64,000 bases of DNA from a virus. Below the pieces are notes generated by a model that did no database searches, was not told the origin of the DNA, and worked only from the letters and a program-made list of their open reading frames with translations. This document shows, piece by piece, positions 8,710 through 18,401 of the stretch. The position numbers were made by a program, and so were the translations under genes. The stretch covers positions 1-64,000 of the IMG/VR virus record IMGVR_UViG_3300031576_000024. One strand, written 5' to 3'. Every line of letters begins with the position of its first letter. The first letter of the stretch is position 1.

Positions 8710-8905
8710 CTGCGCGTCCCTGACGTTGCCTGATGGTACCCGATTAGAAACGAAGGGCAAGGCTACCGCGGCGATCATCACTTCTCGCCCCGCGTGGAGT
8801 CCTGCAATTATACCTTTATCTTTACGCACGGAGTCAGAATTAAAAGACTCAGAGATTCCCGGCTGCGCTATTGCTGCCCTTTGGGCCGCGGCATGGTTTC
8901 CATGA
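8642..8905 (+). CDS. Putative small lipoprotein
   Basis: KKKLK, hydrophobic stretch, LTFS-C lipobox-like; stop overlaps the patatin ATG (ATGA). Confidence 0.45.
   Translation: MYNSKLKKKLKLSLILSLYLTFSCASLTLPDGTRLETKGKATAAIITSRPAWSPAIIPLSLRTESELKDSEIPGCAIAALWAAAWFP
8807..8823 (-). promoter_or_regulatory. Promoter-like motif copy (AAAGATAAAGGTATAAT)
   Basis: Identical to the copy at 62258-62274. Confidence 0.55.
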
Positions 8906-9849
8906 AATACGACGCAGTGTTAGAGGGTGGAGGAGTCAAGATCCCTGGGCTTGTGGGAGCCCTATATGGGTTGGAAAACAACGGCTTCGAGCCTAGCCAC
9001 TTGGCAGGCACCTCCGCGGGTAGTATTGTAGCATCCCTTCGGGCTGCTGGCTACACCCCGGAGGAAATGAAGGACATTCTACTTCATCTAAACTTCAACG
9101 ACTTCCTCGATGGTAATGGCTTCGGACGCAAAGCGTGGAATATTGCTAAGCACAAGGGAATCTACACAGGCGACGCGCTCTTCAAGTTTATGGAGAAGCT
9201 ATTAGCGGATAAAGGCGTACATACCTTTAAGGACTTGCTGTCTACAGAGACAGACGATCTTCTTAACCAGAAATACCGCTGGCGTCTTAAGGTGTTCGCT
9301 TCCGACGTTAGCTTGGAAAGGCTGGTCACACTGCCCGATGACGCCACCCTATATGGGATGGAACCGGATGACGTATCTGTGGCATGGGCTGTGCGTACAA
9401 GCATGAGCATTCCTTTCTTCTTCAGGCCCGTAAAGATTGGGGAATCCTATCTTGTGGATGGAGGGCTGATCTCAAACTTCCCTATCTGGTTATGGGATTC
9501 GTACAACACGGCACCCACTTGGCCGACCTTCGGCCTACTGCTAGACGAGCGGGACGCCTCGTCCAGACAGGAGCCAAACAAGATTGGGCTGTGGCCGCAT
9601 GACTTCTTTCGTGCTATGTTCCGTACCATGATGAAGGCTAATGACAGAAGGTTCATTCGTCCTGATGACTTTGAACAGCGTACCATTAAGATCCCGATCA
9701 AAGGCGTCGGTACAGTGGACTTCGATCTCTCAGCGCAAAAGAAAGAAGAACTCTTCCACAGTGGACGTAAAGCAACAGAAGACTTCTTAGCTAACTGGAA
9801 CTTCGATGAATACGTGGCCTGGGCTACAAAAGCAAGGGGAATAAAATGA
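8902..9849 (+). CDS. Patatin-like phospholipase
   Basis: EGGGVK oxyanion loop, GTSAG nucleophile and DGG catalytic Asp; start reassigned to ATG 8902. Confidence 0.92.
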   Translation: MKYDAVLEGGGVKIPGLVGALYGLENNGFEPSHLAGTSAGSIVASLRAAGYTPEEMKDILLHLNFNDFLDGNGFGRKAWNIAKHKGIYTGDALFKFMEKLLADKGVHTFKDLLSTETDDLLNQKYRWRLKVFASDVSLERLVTLPDDATLYGMEPDDVSVAWAVRTSMSIPFFFRPVKIGESYLVDGGLISNFPIWLWDSYNTAPTWPTFGLLLDERDASSRQEPNKIGLWPHDFFRAMFRTMMKANDRRFIRPDDFEQRTIKIPIKGVGTVDFDLSAQKKEELFHSGRKATEDFLANWNFDEYVAWATKARGIK

Positions 9850-10214
9850 GACTCGATCTGGTAGGTAGATGCGTAGAGGTACTAAATGAGGTTAAGTACA
9901 TCTTGGCTGGCGGCGCAGTAAGAAAGCCGCATTTGGATAAGGTAGAAACCAAACTTCTTGCTATGCAAGCTGAGATTACTAAATTTGAAGCAGCGCCGCT
10001 CATGCGTGTTGCAATTGTAGAAGGTAGGGATGGTACTAGATTCTTGGAGATATTCCAAAACCTAGATAACAAGAACTTCCGCATAAAGTTCATGGATGAT
10101 GGTGACAGTGATATTGAATTTCCCTTCGAGAGATTAACACAACTCCGTTCTGTACTGGATGACGTAATATGGCAAAAAGGAAGGTATACGCACATACCCA
10201 ACAAAGGTTCATAA
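9846..10214 (+). CDS. Hypothetical protein
   Basis: Coupled ORF. Confidence 0.6.
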   Translation: MRLDLVGRCVEVLNEVKYILAGGAVRKPHLDKVETKLLAMQAEITKFEAAPLMRVAIVEGRDGTRFLEIFQNLDNKNFRIKFMDDGDSDIEFPFERLTQLRSVLDDVIWQKGRYTHIPNKGS

Positions 10215-10786
10215 GCCGACCCAACGCGCCTTGGTTCAAGTGGGCTGGAGAACGTTGGGAAAGGATACCTAATACCTCGCATCGGCTTTTTGTTTCCAAC
10301 TATGGTAGGGTTTACAAAGAAGTCCACCGTAATACTAAACACCAGGGTTATTGGACGGAAATGACGGTAAAACTACACCGTTCGCACAATGGTCTTGAAA
10401 TCCGCATCAAGAAGAAGCCTAAATATCACAAGATGGTGCATGTTATAGTAGCTGATCTGTTTCAGTTGCGGGCTGCAAAAGAAACGGTATTATTTAAGGA
10501 CAAAGACAGGTGGAATCCGCGGCTGTCTAATTTGATGATCCAGCGCGGCAAGACACGCTGGAAGCTAACGGAAACACAGAAGAAACTGTGCAAAGAACTG
10601 TTCAAGATATATCCTCAATCTCCCATCATAACAGAGCTAGCCGAAAGATACATGGTTAACTATAAAACTATGTGGACACTTTACAAGGAGTTTAGAAATG
10701 AAAACGCTACTAATGGCATTACTGCTTACGACCACCTCGCCAGTGACTACCGATCACTGTGCTGGGCTAAAAGCGGATCACTGTGA
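10169..10786 (+). CDS. NUMOD4/HNH-like protein, degenerate
   Basis: WERIP...VSNYGRV (NUMOD4), VHVIVA, FKDKDRWNPRLSNL (HNH His absent), C-terminal HTH-like helices. Confidence 0.65.
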   Translation: MAKRKVYAHTQQRFISRPNAPWFKWAGERWERIPNTSHRLFVSNYGRVYKEVHRNTKHQGYWTEMTVKLHRSHNGLEIRIKKKPKYHKMVHVIVADLFQLRAAKETVLFKDKDRWNPRLSNLMIQRGKTRWKLTETQKKLCKELFKIYPQSPIITELAERYMVNYKTMWTLYKEFRNENATNGITAYDHLASDYRSLCWAKSGSL

Positions 10787-10955
10787 GTTTAACAGTGAAC
10801 GCTTGTTCGTAGACGTATCGGATAGCATGTTCCTAGGGGCAGGTTCCCTTGGTACTGAAATCCGTAAGCGGGCTACGGCATATTGTCTAGAATTTCCTAG
10901 AGCAAGAGTGGTTGTACAATTTGGCAACGGCAGAACAACTAGAGACTGTAGATAA
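10698..10955 (+). CDS. Small secreted protein
   Basis: Signal peptide MKTLLMALLL, four Cys, GGAG RBS. Confidence 0.55.
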   Translation: MKTLLMALLLTTTSPVTTDHCAGLKADHCEFNSERLFVDVSDSMFLGAGSLGTEIRKRATAYCLEFPRARVVVQFGNGRTTRDCR

Positions 10956-11557
10956 TGAAGCTAATCAGAGTTAGGACCGACGACGTTCTCGTACATTCCG
11001 ATTCTATGAAAGGCGCTGAGTTTGAGAAATGGCGTAAACATCATCGATGGGTACTAGAAGCGCCCGCATACTTCTACCATGTTGCTGCCATTCTATGCAA
11101 AGACATTCAGGACTTCCCTAAAGCTATAGACTACATTAGACAAGAAGTCGCTGAAGGCCGCCTAGGACTGGACCTTCATGGTTGGGAACACATTGACTAT
11201 TCTAAGATTCCTCAGGAGCAAATTGAGGAACACCTTGAGAAGTCGTTTGAATTCTTCCTTAAGACATTCAATTGTCTACCTAGTAGATGGGCTACGCCTT
11301 GGGGTAACAATTCAGAAGGTATCAAGAAGGCAGCCAGGAAATACTCTATAGCTGTAGAGGGCGTTACCGATCCTGTCATAGATCAATCACAAGCTGTAAA
11401 CATCGTACACCACTTCAATAGTATCACTCCTCTACTTGGTAAGGTAATCATGGTTCATTGGTTTGAACGTGGATTAAAGCTTTGGAGGATCATCCAAACA
11501 GCTAAGTATGGTACGTGGACCAAAGCAGAAGCAGCACATCCAACAGAGTTCAAATAG
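10955..11557 (+). CDS. Polysaccharide deacetylase (NodB/CE4-like)
   Basis: RTDD, LHGWEH metal-binding motif, ATPWG. Confidence 0.75.
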   Translation: MKLIRVRTDDVLVHSDSMKGAEFEKWRKHHRWVLEAPAYFYHVAAILCKDIQDFPKAIDYIRQEVAEGRLGLDLHGWEHIDYSKIPQEQIEEHLEKSFEFFLKTFNCLPSRWATPWGNNSEGIKKAARKYSIAVEGVTDPVIDQSQAVNIVHHFNSITPLLGKVIMVHWFERGLKLWRIIQTAKYGTWTKAEAAHPTEFK

Positions 11558-12951
11558 TGTCATTCGATGAAAAAGTATTCCTTTGGAGTCTAGCTAGTAG
11601 GTCTGAAGATGCCAAGGTATTCGTTGGTATGTTCAAGCCCGAATGGCTAGTCGATCCTGTGCATCAGGTAATCTTGCGAACCATCTTTGTGTTCCTTAAG
11701 AGTCATAAGGTTCCACCGGATTTTAATACGTTGGAAGCCATCCTTAAGAAAGAAGACGAATCCGTCTACAATTTACGGCTAAAACCAGTGGTTGATTCAC
11801 TACGTAAATTGTTACCTGCTGTACCGGAGCAAATCTATGTTCTGGATCAAGCTAAGAACGTTGCTATCGTTCGTTCACTAGAACAGATGATGGCTCAAAA
11901 TACGTTCCAAGCCAACATGGCAAGTTACGACGGCAAGGTCGTACTCCGTAACGTAGCTCAGTGGTTCAACCAATTTGAAACCTCAACAGACGAGATAACA
12001 CTACGCATGGACGAAGCTACCGAAAGATTAGTACGTGAAGCAAGCTTCAATTCAGCACCGTTTCAGATGCCTACGAACATCGGCCCTATTGACTACTGGA
12101 CTGGCGGCGGGTTACGCTCACGCCAGCTTGGTATCTTTATCGCGCCAACAGGTCACGGTAAATCCGCTGCCTTGATGAACATTGCTTTCAACATGGCTAT
12201 TCAAGATGAAGTAGATGTATGGTTCCTCACCAACGAGCTGACCATAGAGGAACAAGCAGAGCGTTTCCTTTCTCGCATCACAGGTGTTGAAGTCAACCTA
12301 GTGCAGAATGACCCTTACTCAGCCTATCATGGGATGGGGCAGCATTGGAAGTCAGAAGTCAACAAAAGACTTCTCATGACCAGCGTGAACCGTGAGATTA
12401 GCACAGATCATATAGAAACCCTCATGCTCAGACATGCCAACCTGTACGGATGGAAGCCTAAAGTATTGTGTCTTGACTTCATGGAACGCATGAAGCCTAA
12501 CGAGACTGGATACGACCGTTCTCAGGAATGGAACTGGATCGGAGCGGTTGCCAGGGATCTTGTACGTCTAGCCAAGCGGCATAACATGATTATATGGACT
12601 GCTGCTCAGACCAACCGCTCTGGTATGAACGATGACCTTAGCATGAGTCTGTCAATGGCTCAAGGTTCGATCAAGCACTTGCAGGAAGCTACCGCAGTAA
12701 TAGGTATGCGTCGGGTGTTCGTAGAGGGAGAGGAAGGCTCTGGTACTGAAACTATCGGTATGGAAATGGCACCGCTTAAGATGCGACACGGTAAGACAGA
12801 CTCACCTAAGATCCTTCGCATGGACCTAGCCAAGATGCGTATTACAAACGAAGTCATAGAGCGTCCTGTGGAAGTGGACACGGAGGAGCCAGACGACGAC
12901 AATGATAAGAAGACTTCCTATAAGAAGGGCAAGAAGAAGTACAAGAAATGA
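11515..12951 (+). CDS. dnaB: Replicative DnaB-like (SF4) helicase
   Basis: Walker A APTGHGKS, TNELT, LDF, TAAQTNR, KMRHG motifs. Confidence 0.9.
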   Translation: MDQSRSSTSNRVQIVSFDEKVFLWSLASRSEDAKVFVGMFKPEWLVDPVHQVILRTIFVFLKSHKVPPDFNTLEAILKKEDESVYNLRLKPVVDSLRKLLPAVPEQIYVLDQAKNVAIVRSLEQMMAQNTFQANMASYDGKVVLRNVAQWFNQFETSTDEITLRMDEATERLVREASFNSAPFQMPTNIGPIDYWTGGGLRSRQLGIFIAPTGHGKSAALMNIAFNMAIQDEVDVWFLTNELTIEEQAERFLSRITGVEVNLVQNDPYSAYHGMGQHWKSEVNKRLLMTSVNREISTDHIETLMLRHANLYGWKPKVLCLDFMERMKPNETGYDRSQEWNWIGAVARDLVRLAKRHNMIIWTAAQTNRSGMNDDLSMSLSMAQGSIKHLQEATAVIGMRRVFVEGEEGSGTETIGMEMAPLKMRHGKTDSPKILRMDLAKMRITNEVIERPVEVDTEEPDDDNDKKTSYKKGKKKYKK

Positions 12952-13124
12952 GAGCTTTAGGTACTAAAAAGAGATATCACGGATTAAGTAAGCATCCTGC
13001 CTATATTGCCTGTTACGTAACTTATGATAAACAAAGTGAAAAGTGGAAAGTTAGAATTTCATTTGAATTAAAAGAACAGGCTGAAGAGTTTGTTAGGAGA
13101 ATTCAAAGTGAAAAACTGGTTTAA
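12948..13124 (+). pseudogene. 58-aa in-frame internally deleted copy of the YGGRG/LDR HNH family
   Basis: MRALGTKKRYHGLSKHPAYIAC joined to YVTYDKQSEKWKVRISFELKEQAEEF; nuclease core missing; below the ORF-track cutoff. Confidence 0.75.
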
Positions 13125-14001
13125 TAAGGCGTTTGGTGTTAAGAAAATAAAAGGCAGTGAATTAAATACAAATTGCCCAGTATGTGGTCATAAAGATTTT
13201 CATTTTAATATAAAGTCAAAAGTTGGATTTTGTCATAGAGCAGGATGTCATTACAGTCCAACCTTAGAAGACCTAGTAGAATTAGCTGGGTACACTCCCG
13301 ATGAAGTAGCCTTCATGCCGGACGCCCCCGAGGAAGTGACTACTCCTGTTAACGTAGAGCTTCCAGGGGAGCTACTGTGCTTCTACTCAATGGGTCAGCT
13401 AATGACCCAAAGCCAAGAAGCTTTAGACTACATCCTGCGACGCGGCTTAACAGTGGATGACATTATACGCTGGAAGTTTACCTTCGACGGTCAGCGTGTC
13501 TATGTTCCCGTTATGAAGGAAGGCGAGTTATACAACTACGTCGGTAGAGATATCACAGGAACTTCTGAACGTAAGTACAAGTATTGTCACGGAGTTAAGA
13601 CAAGTCACTGGATATTTGGTTGGGACGAATGCAAGGATTGGGACCACCTGACATTAGTTGAGAATACTTTTAACTCAATTCTATATAGAAACGACATAAA
13701 CTGTACTACGAACTTCGGCTCCTATTTAAGCGAAACGCAGCAAGGCTTAATACATAAGTCAAAGGTTAAATCGGTTGGCATCATGTGGGATGAAAACACC
13801 CACGGGCCTGCCGAGAAGATCGTCAAAAGATTAAGGTATAATGGTTTGAGGGCCTGCTATTGTTGGATGAAGGGTCAGCCTGATAACTGGCCGAAAGAAC
13901 AAATAATTGAAATAGCTAAGCGTATGAAAGTCTTGGCTGAACAAAACATTATAGAGTACGATCCCTTTAATATAAAGAAAGAAATATTAAGACGACGATG
14001 A
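13108..14001 (+). CDS. DNA primase (Zn ribbon + TOPRIM)
   Basis: CPVC...CHRAGC, YVGRDI, KYKY, LVEN, MWDEN; GTG at 13108 with AGGAG RBS. Confidence 0.85.
   Translation: MKNWFNKAFGVKKIKGSELNTNCPVCGHKDFHFNIKSKVGFCHRAGCHYSPTLEDLVELAGYTPDEVAFMPDAPEEVTTPVNVELPGELLCFYSMGQLMTQSQEALDYILRRGLTVDDIIRWKFTFDGQRVYVPVMKEGELYNYVGRDITGTSERKYKYCHGVKTSHWIFGWDECKDWDHLTLVENTFNSILYRNDINCTTNFGSYLSETQQGLIHKSKVKSVGIMWDENTHGPAEKIVKRLRYNGLRACYCWMKGQPDNWPKEQIIEIAKRMKVLAEQNIIEYDPFNIKKEILRRR
13826..13842 (+). promoter_or_regulatory. Promoter-like motif copy (AAAGATTAAGGTATAAT) inside the primase 3' end
   Basis: Identical to the copy at 49345-49361. Confidence 0.5.
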
Positions 14002-14527
14002 TAGTAAATTGTGATAAGTGTCAAAAAGAATATGTACGTAAAAGAATACGTTATAACAGAGACGGGTTACTACTATGTCCTGCGTGCAAAATAACGAGTG
14101 GATTAAGAAGTATTATAAGACTACAAAGGGTAAAACATGTAGAGCCCAATGGGAATCTGATAATAAGATATATCGTAATAAATATAAACGTAATAAACGT
14201 TTAACAGATATTAATTATAAACTAAGAACTAGTCTGAGAAGTAGATTGAATGCGGCTCTGAAACATGAATATAAATATGGCTCAGCAGTTAAAGATTTAG
14301 GGTGTGCTATTCATGAATTAAAAGAATATTTAGAATCAATGTTTCAAGAGGGTATGACGTGGGAAAACTACGGACGTACTGGTTGGCACATTGACCATAT
14401 TATTCCACTTTGTAGATTTGATTTAACTGATTATGAGCAACTTAAGAAGGCTTGTCATTATACAAATCTTCAACCTTTATGGGCTTCTGAGAATCTTAGT
14501 AAAGCAATTTCAGTAAAGGACCAATAA
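13998..14527 (+). pseudogene. HNH endonuclease (WHIDHIIP type) split by a 1-nt frameshift
   Basis: CDKC...CPACK (13998 frame) continues as NNEWIKKY...WHIDHIIP...HYTNLQPLW (14075 frame) if one A is added to the run at 14088-14091. Confidence 0.65.
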
Positions 14528-14790
14528 TGAAAACTGATACACCTGTTGAGCAACCGACACCTTTAAAAATAGTTAGCTGGGTTTCTATGATGAAACATGC
14601 CATACGCACTAATGATAAATTTATACTTAATGATGAATTAGAACACGTACTTCGTCTAGCTAATCTTTGTGAAGAGGAACGGCAAGAATCCAATGAGGAA
14701 ATTGCTGCTTGTCGCTCGGAATCAGCAGGAAAAATACACGAGCTTAAAAATAAACTTCTTGATGTATCTGTTGCTTATAGTAATAAATAA
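14527..14790 (+). CDS. Hypothetical protein
   Basis: AGGA RBS, coupled ORF. Confidence 0.55.
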   Translation: MKTDTPVEQPTPLKIVSWVSMMKHAIRTNDKFILNDELEHVLRLANLCEEERQESNEEIAACRSESAGKIHELKNKLLDVSVAYSNK

Positions 14791-14799
14791 AGGAATTAG

Positions 14800-14997
14800 A
14801 TGCCTACTTACACCTATACTCACATTGACTCTAACAAGATTGTGCGCAATTGTCAGTCACACGATTTTGATGTATTTCAAAGCATTAAAGAGGACGCACT
14901 AACGCAATGTCCTACTTGTCTGAAACCTGTTAAGAAAATCATAACCTCTGCTCCTAGCTTTACCATGCAAGGTGGGACACCTAAGTTTCATGGCTGA
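14800..14997 (+). CDS. FmdB-family zinc-ribbon protein
   Basis: MPTYTY...FDVFQSIKE...CPTC...KKIITS pattern. Confidence 0.8.
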   Translation: MPTYTYTHIDSNKIVRNCQSHDFDVFQSIKEDALTQCPTCLKPVKKIITSAPSFTMQGGTPKFHG

Positions 14998-17662
14998 AGT
15001 TAAACTTTGTCAAAAGATATGTAACCCTGACTTGGGTGGGACACCTCTCTGCAATAGAGGGAAGACAGTCACACCTACGCAGGTAGAATTCCAAGGTACT
15101 GCGTACTTAAACGTTCTGCATTCCTTCCACAATCACAAACGCACTATCGTACAGTCAATGCCTCCCAAGATGAAGGGTGCGTTTGACGTAATGCTTGTAA
15201 CTGATTACCCAGCTAAGCAGGACGTGTTCAGTAGACTTCCGTTACAGACAGATGCAATGCGTGTTCTACATGAATTCATTGAGAAGAGTCGGCTGCCACA
15301 GGATAGGATCTATGTTACTCATATCCTGAAATGCCCAGGTGGCTACATCAAGCCTAGTGTCTCCGAGATCAAAACTTGTAGAGACGCCCACTTGTTCTTT
15401 GAGATCCAACTCATTGAGCCGAAGGTTATCATCCTCCTAGGTAACACTGCCCTACGTGCTTTCAACCTGCACGGCCAGGGAGCCATGAATATCATTCACG
15501 GCAAGGTGTACGATCTACCCTTGCCTATAAAAGATGCGCCGAAGGATGCGCCTACCTATAAGGTGATCCCTACCTTCCATCCGTCCTACTTCATTCAGAA
15601 AGAAAACAAAGCGTTGCATACTAGAGTTGTTAATGACTTCCGACAGGCGCAGGCCATTCTATCAGGGACGCCTGGACAAGTGGCCTACCAAGCGAGCTAT
15701 ACACTGTGCGATACCGTCGATAAGGTAGCAGAACTGGCCGACGAACTAAATGCTAGCACAGCATTCGCTTTCGACACAGAGTCTACACGACTAGGTTTCA
15801 CCACTGCTCCTGCCCTGTGTTACTCCATTTCACTTGGAAAGGAACGGAACTACATCGTCCCCATCTATAGACACAACCCGGAGGCACAGCCCTGGAAGAT
15901 TAAGGCGGCGTGGAATGACGCTGACCGTGGGAAGATTCACGACCTGCTAGCCGTTCCCTTTGAGAATCCGAACATCGTCAAGATAGCTCACAACATCAAG
16001 TACGACGTGAATGTTCTGCGACATTGGGCGAGAAAGTCAGATGGCAAAGGAATCCGTATACAGGGCTTCTTTGCGGATACTGCATGCTTCCATCACCTAC
16101 TACATGAAGAGGGACCGCATGGGCTTGACGTGTGCGCTGACGAGGAATTCGGGTACGGCGATTACTCAGAGCCGGTACGCAACATTACAGGGCAGGGTCG
16201 CGAGCTAATCAACACCTTCGACTGCGTGCCCGACGAACTGTTATGGCCTTACTCTGCGACAGATGCGGAGGCGACTTTCCGTCTATATGAAGCGTACATG
16301 CCGCGCCTGCTTGCCGCTAAACACTTGTGGCAATTGTATATCGAAGAAACGGAGCCGATGTCACGCGGACTTGCGGAGGCCGAATACTACGGCCACAAGC
16401 TTTCTCTGCCTACCATCATGGCGCTTCGTGCCGAATACGACAAGAAGCAAGCAGACATGCTCGTGCATATCCGTAGACAGACTAATCCTGAATTCAACCC
16501 GAACAGCACCAACGACGTGATCCAGGCTGTAATCAACAAAGGGTTTGCTGAAAAGATCCGGGACAAGAAGAAGAATTCCGGGTATACAGTAAACAAGAAA
16601 GCCTTGATGGATATACGAGATGACTGTTCACTGGCCGGTGATATACTTGACTTCCGCAGTAATCAGAAGATCATTAGCACGTACCTAGAGAACGCTCAGA
16701 ATGACGTTGACCATGAAGATAAGGTACGCCATTCATGGTTCCCTTTGGCTGTAACCGGACGCCTTACGTGTTCGTTCTTCCATCAGATTCCTAAGGTAGA
16801 CAAGGCTCGCGTCAAACTAGGACTGCCCATCTTAAAGGACATGTTTATAGCTGATGATGACTGTGATCTGGTGCAGGCGGACTATGCTCAGATTGAGCTA
16901 TTCATTCTAGCCATCGTTTCTAACGATAAGGAAATGTCCACCATCTTAGCTGACAAGACTCGGGACTTGCACGCTGAGACAACGTATGACTTCCTTAAGG
17001 ACTACATCAAGGGTTATACTTTAGAACTAGCTAAGGACGATAAGTACAACAGAGCGGAATGCGGTAAGCGCATTAACTTCGGTATCGGTTACGGTAGCCA
17101 GGGTTCGGCTCTGGTTAAGACTGGTAAGTGGAAGGATGTTAATGGTCAGGAGCGCAGCTTTACTTGGCCTATGTTGAATGTCGGTATTGGCATTTGGAAA
17201 AAGAAGTTTCATGGCGTAGCTGACTACATAGACAACTATCCTGACGAATGCCGTATGCGGGATGGCGTAGCGCTGTCCGCATTCCTGCGAGAGCGTAGGG
17301 TCCAGAATAGACTAAATGGTGCAGACGAGTATGTTCGAGGCGAGGCCGAACGGGAGTGCATCAATTTCAAGATTCAATCATCGGCAGGAAGTATCACTAA
17401 CCGTACAATAGGATTGGTATATTTAACCGTTCGCGGGCTTATAGATCAAGGTATAATTGAGGAAGGCGACATACGACTCGTGAATACGGTTCACGACTCA
17501 GTGATCTACCAGGCGAAAAAGCACTTGACGGAATGGTTCATCAAGTACATCTTACTGCCGATTGGGCAGCGGCCGATTAAGGAATTGAACAATCACTGCT
17601 TCGGTATGGGTGTTGGATTCGGACCCAACTGGACGCAAGCAGAACTAAGGGAGACAAAATGA
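14990..17662 (+). CDS. polA: Family A DNA polymerase with N-terminal uracil-DNA-glycosylase-like domain
   Basis: UDG family-4 features (LKC..P, IEPKVIILLG, TFHPS); exonuclease FDTE, HNIKYD, YSATD; polymerase ADYAQIE, KRINFGIGYG, VHDS. Confidence 0.93.
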   Translation: MAEVKLCQKICNPDLGGTPLCNRGKTVTPTQVEFQGTAYLNVLHSFHNHKRTIVQSMPPKMKGAFDVMLVTDYPAKQDVFSRLPLQTDAMRVLHEFIEKSRLPQDRIYVTHILKCPGGYIKPSVSEIKTCRDAHLFFEIQLIEPKVIILLGNTALRAFNLHGQGAMNIIHGKVYDLPLPIKDAPKDAPTYKVIPTFHPSYFIQKENKALHTRVVNDFRQAQAILSGTPGQVAYQASYTLCDTVDKVAELADELNASTAFAFDTESTRLGFTTAPALCYSISLGKERNYIVPIYRHNPEAQPWKIKAAWNDADRGKIHDLLAVPFENPNIVKIAHNIKYDVNVLRHWARKSDGKGIRIQGFFADTACFHHLLHEEGPHGLDVCADEEFGYGDYSEPVRNITGQGRELINTFDCVPDELLWPYSATDAEATFRLYEAYMPRLLAAKHLWQLYIEETEPMSRGLAEAEYYGHKLSLPTIMALRAEYDKKQADMLVHIRRQTNPEFNPNSTNDVIQAVINKGFAEKIRDKKKNSGYTVNKKALMDIRDDCSLAGDILDFRSNQKIISTYLENAQNDVDHEDKVRHSWFPLAVTGRLTCSFFHQIPKVDKARVKLGLPILKDMFIADDDCDLVQADYAQIELFILAIVSNDKEMSTILADKTRDLHAETTYDFLKDYIKGYTLELAKDDKYNRAECGKRINFGIGYGSQGSALVKTGKWKDVNGQERSFTWPMLNVGIGIWKKKFHGVADYIDNYPDECRMRDGVALSAFLRERRVQNRLNGADEYVRGEAERECINFKIQSSAGSITNRTIGLVYLTVRGLIDQGIIEEGDIRLVNTVHDSVIYQAKKHLTEWFIKYILLPIGQRPIKELNNHCFGMGVGFGPNWTQAELRETK

Positions 17663-17967
17663 GAACGGTAACATTAAAGCTATTGCATAAGGACAGCACT
17701 GTTGTTGAACTAAATGTAGACGTAGACGAAATGCACAAGCTAATTGGCATTCTAAGCTACGGTGGATGGAAGAATCCTGAAGGTGTTAAGTTCGTAGTAG
17801 ACGAATACTACATCACTGTATTCCAACCTTTAGAAGTTCATGTCGTTCTTCAGACTGAAGAAGAACTGAACAGAAAGACCTTGAATCAATTTGCAGGCTT
17901 GACTCAGGACTTTCAGCAAAGATTGACTCCACCCTTCTCGCGCCGCACTAATGAGGATCTTAACTAA
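17659..17967 (+). CDS. Hypothetical protein
   Basis: GGGAG RBS, coupled ORF. Confidence 0.65.
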   Translation: MRTVTLKLLHKDSTVVELNVDVDEMHKLIGILSYGGWKNPEGVKFVVDEYYITVFQPLEVHVVLQTEEELNRKTLNQFAGLTQDFQQRLTPPFSRRTNEDLN

Positions 17968-18401
17968 TGCACATAGATTATGAACTTTACAAAGACGGCG
18001 CATGGACACGAGTGGTTCAGGAAGTGAACCTAGAAGTTGACTTCAAGATTAACCCGGATAATCTTGATGGCGAGCTATGCAGTCTGCCTCAGAAAATGAT
18101 TCAGTACGGGCAGATATACTCTCAACTCAAATCAGAGGTTAACAGAAAAGAAGAATTGGCAAAATTCATTTACGCCTCTCTGGCTCTCAAAGTGAGGGCG
18201 ACTGATAAGGTAACTGAAAATGCCGTCAAAGAGAAAGTAACAACAGACCAACAATATCAACAGGCTCTAGCAGAGCAAAATCATTCAGAACGGAACGCCA
18301 TTCTAGCAGAGTCTTGGTGGCGCTCAATCAACAAGAAAGCAGATTTGATTCAGAGTTTAGTTTACCGAGAATCAAGCGAAATCAAAAGAGGTGCATATTA
18401 A
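17967..18401 (+). CDS. Putative UvsY-like recombination mediator
   Basis: About 140-aa helical protein with KVTENAVKEKV, located near SSB and RecA. Confidence 0.5.
   Translation: MHIDYELYKDGAWTRVVQEVNLEVDFKINPDNLDGELCSLPQKMIQYGQIYSQLKSEVNRKEELAKFIYASLALKVRATDKVTENAVKEKVTTDQQYQQALAEQNHSERNAILAESWWRSINKKADLIQSLVYRESSEIKRGAY

Noticed and set aside
8710-8900. GC-rich stretch as a candidate ncRNA
   Set aside because: Better explained as the coding region of the lipoprotein-like ORF coupled to the patatin start.
8902-9849. CBASS system
   Set aside because: No CD-NTase or Cap2/Cap3 genes nearby.
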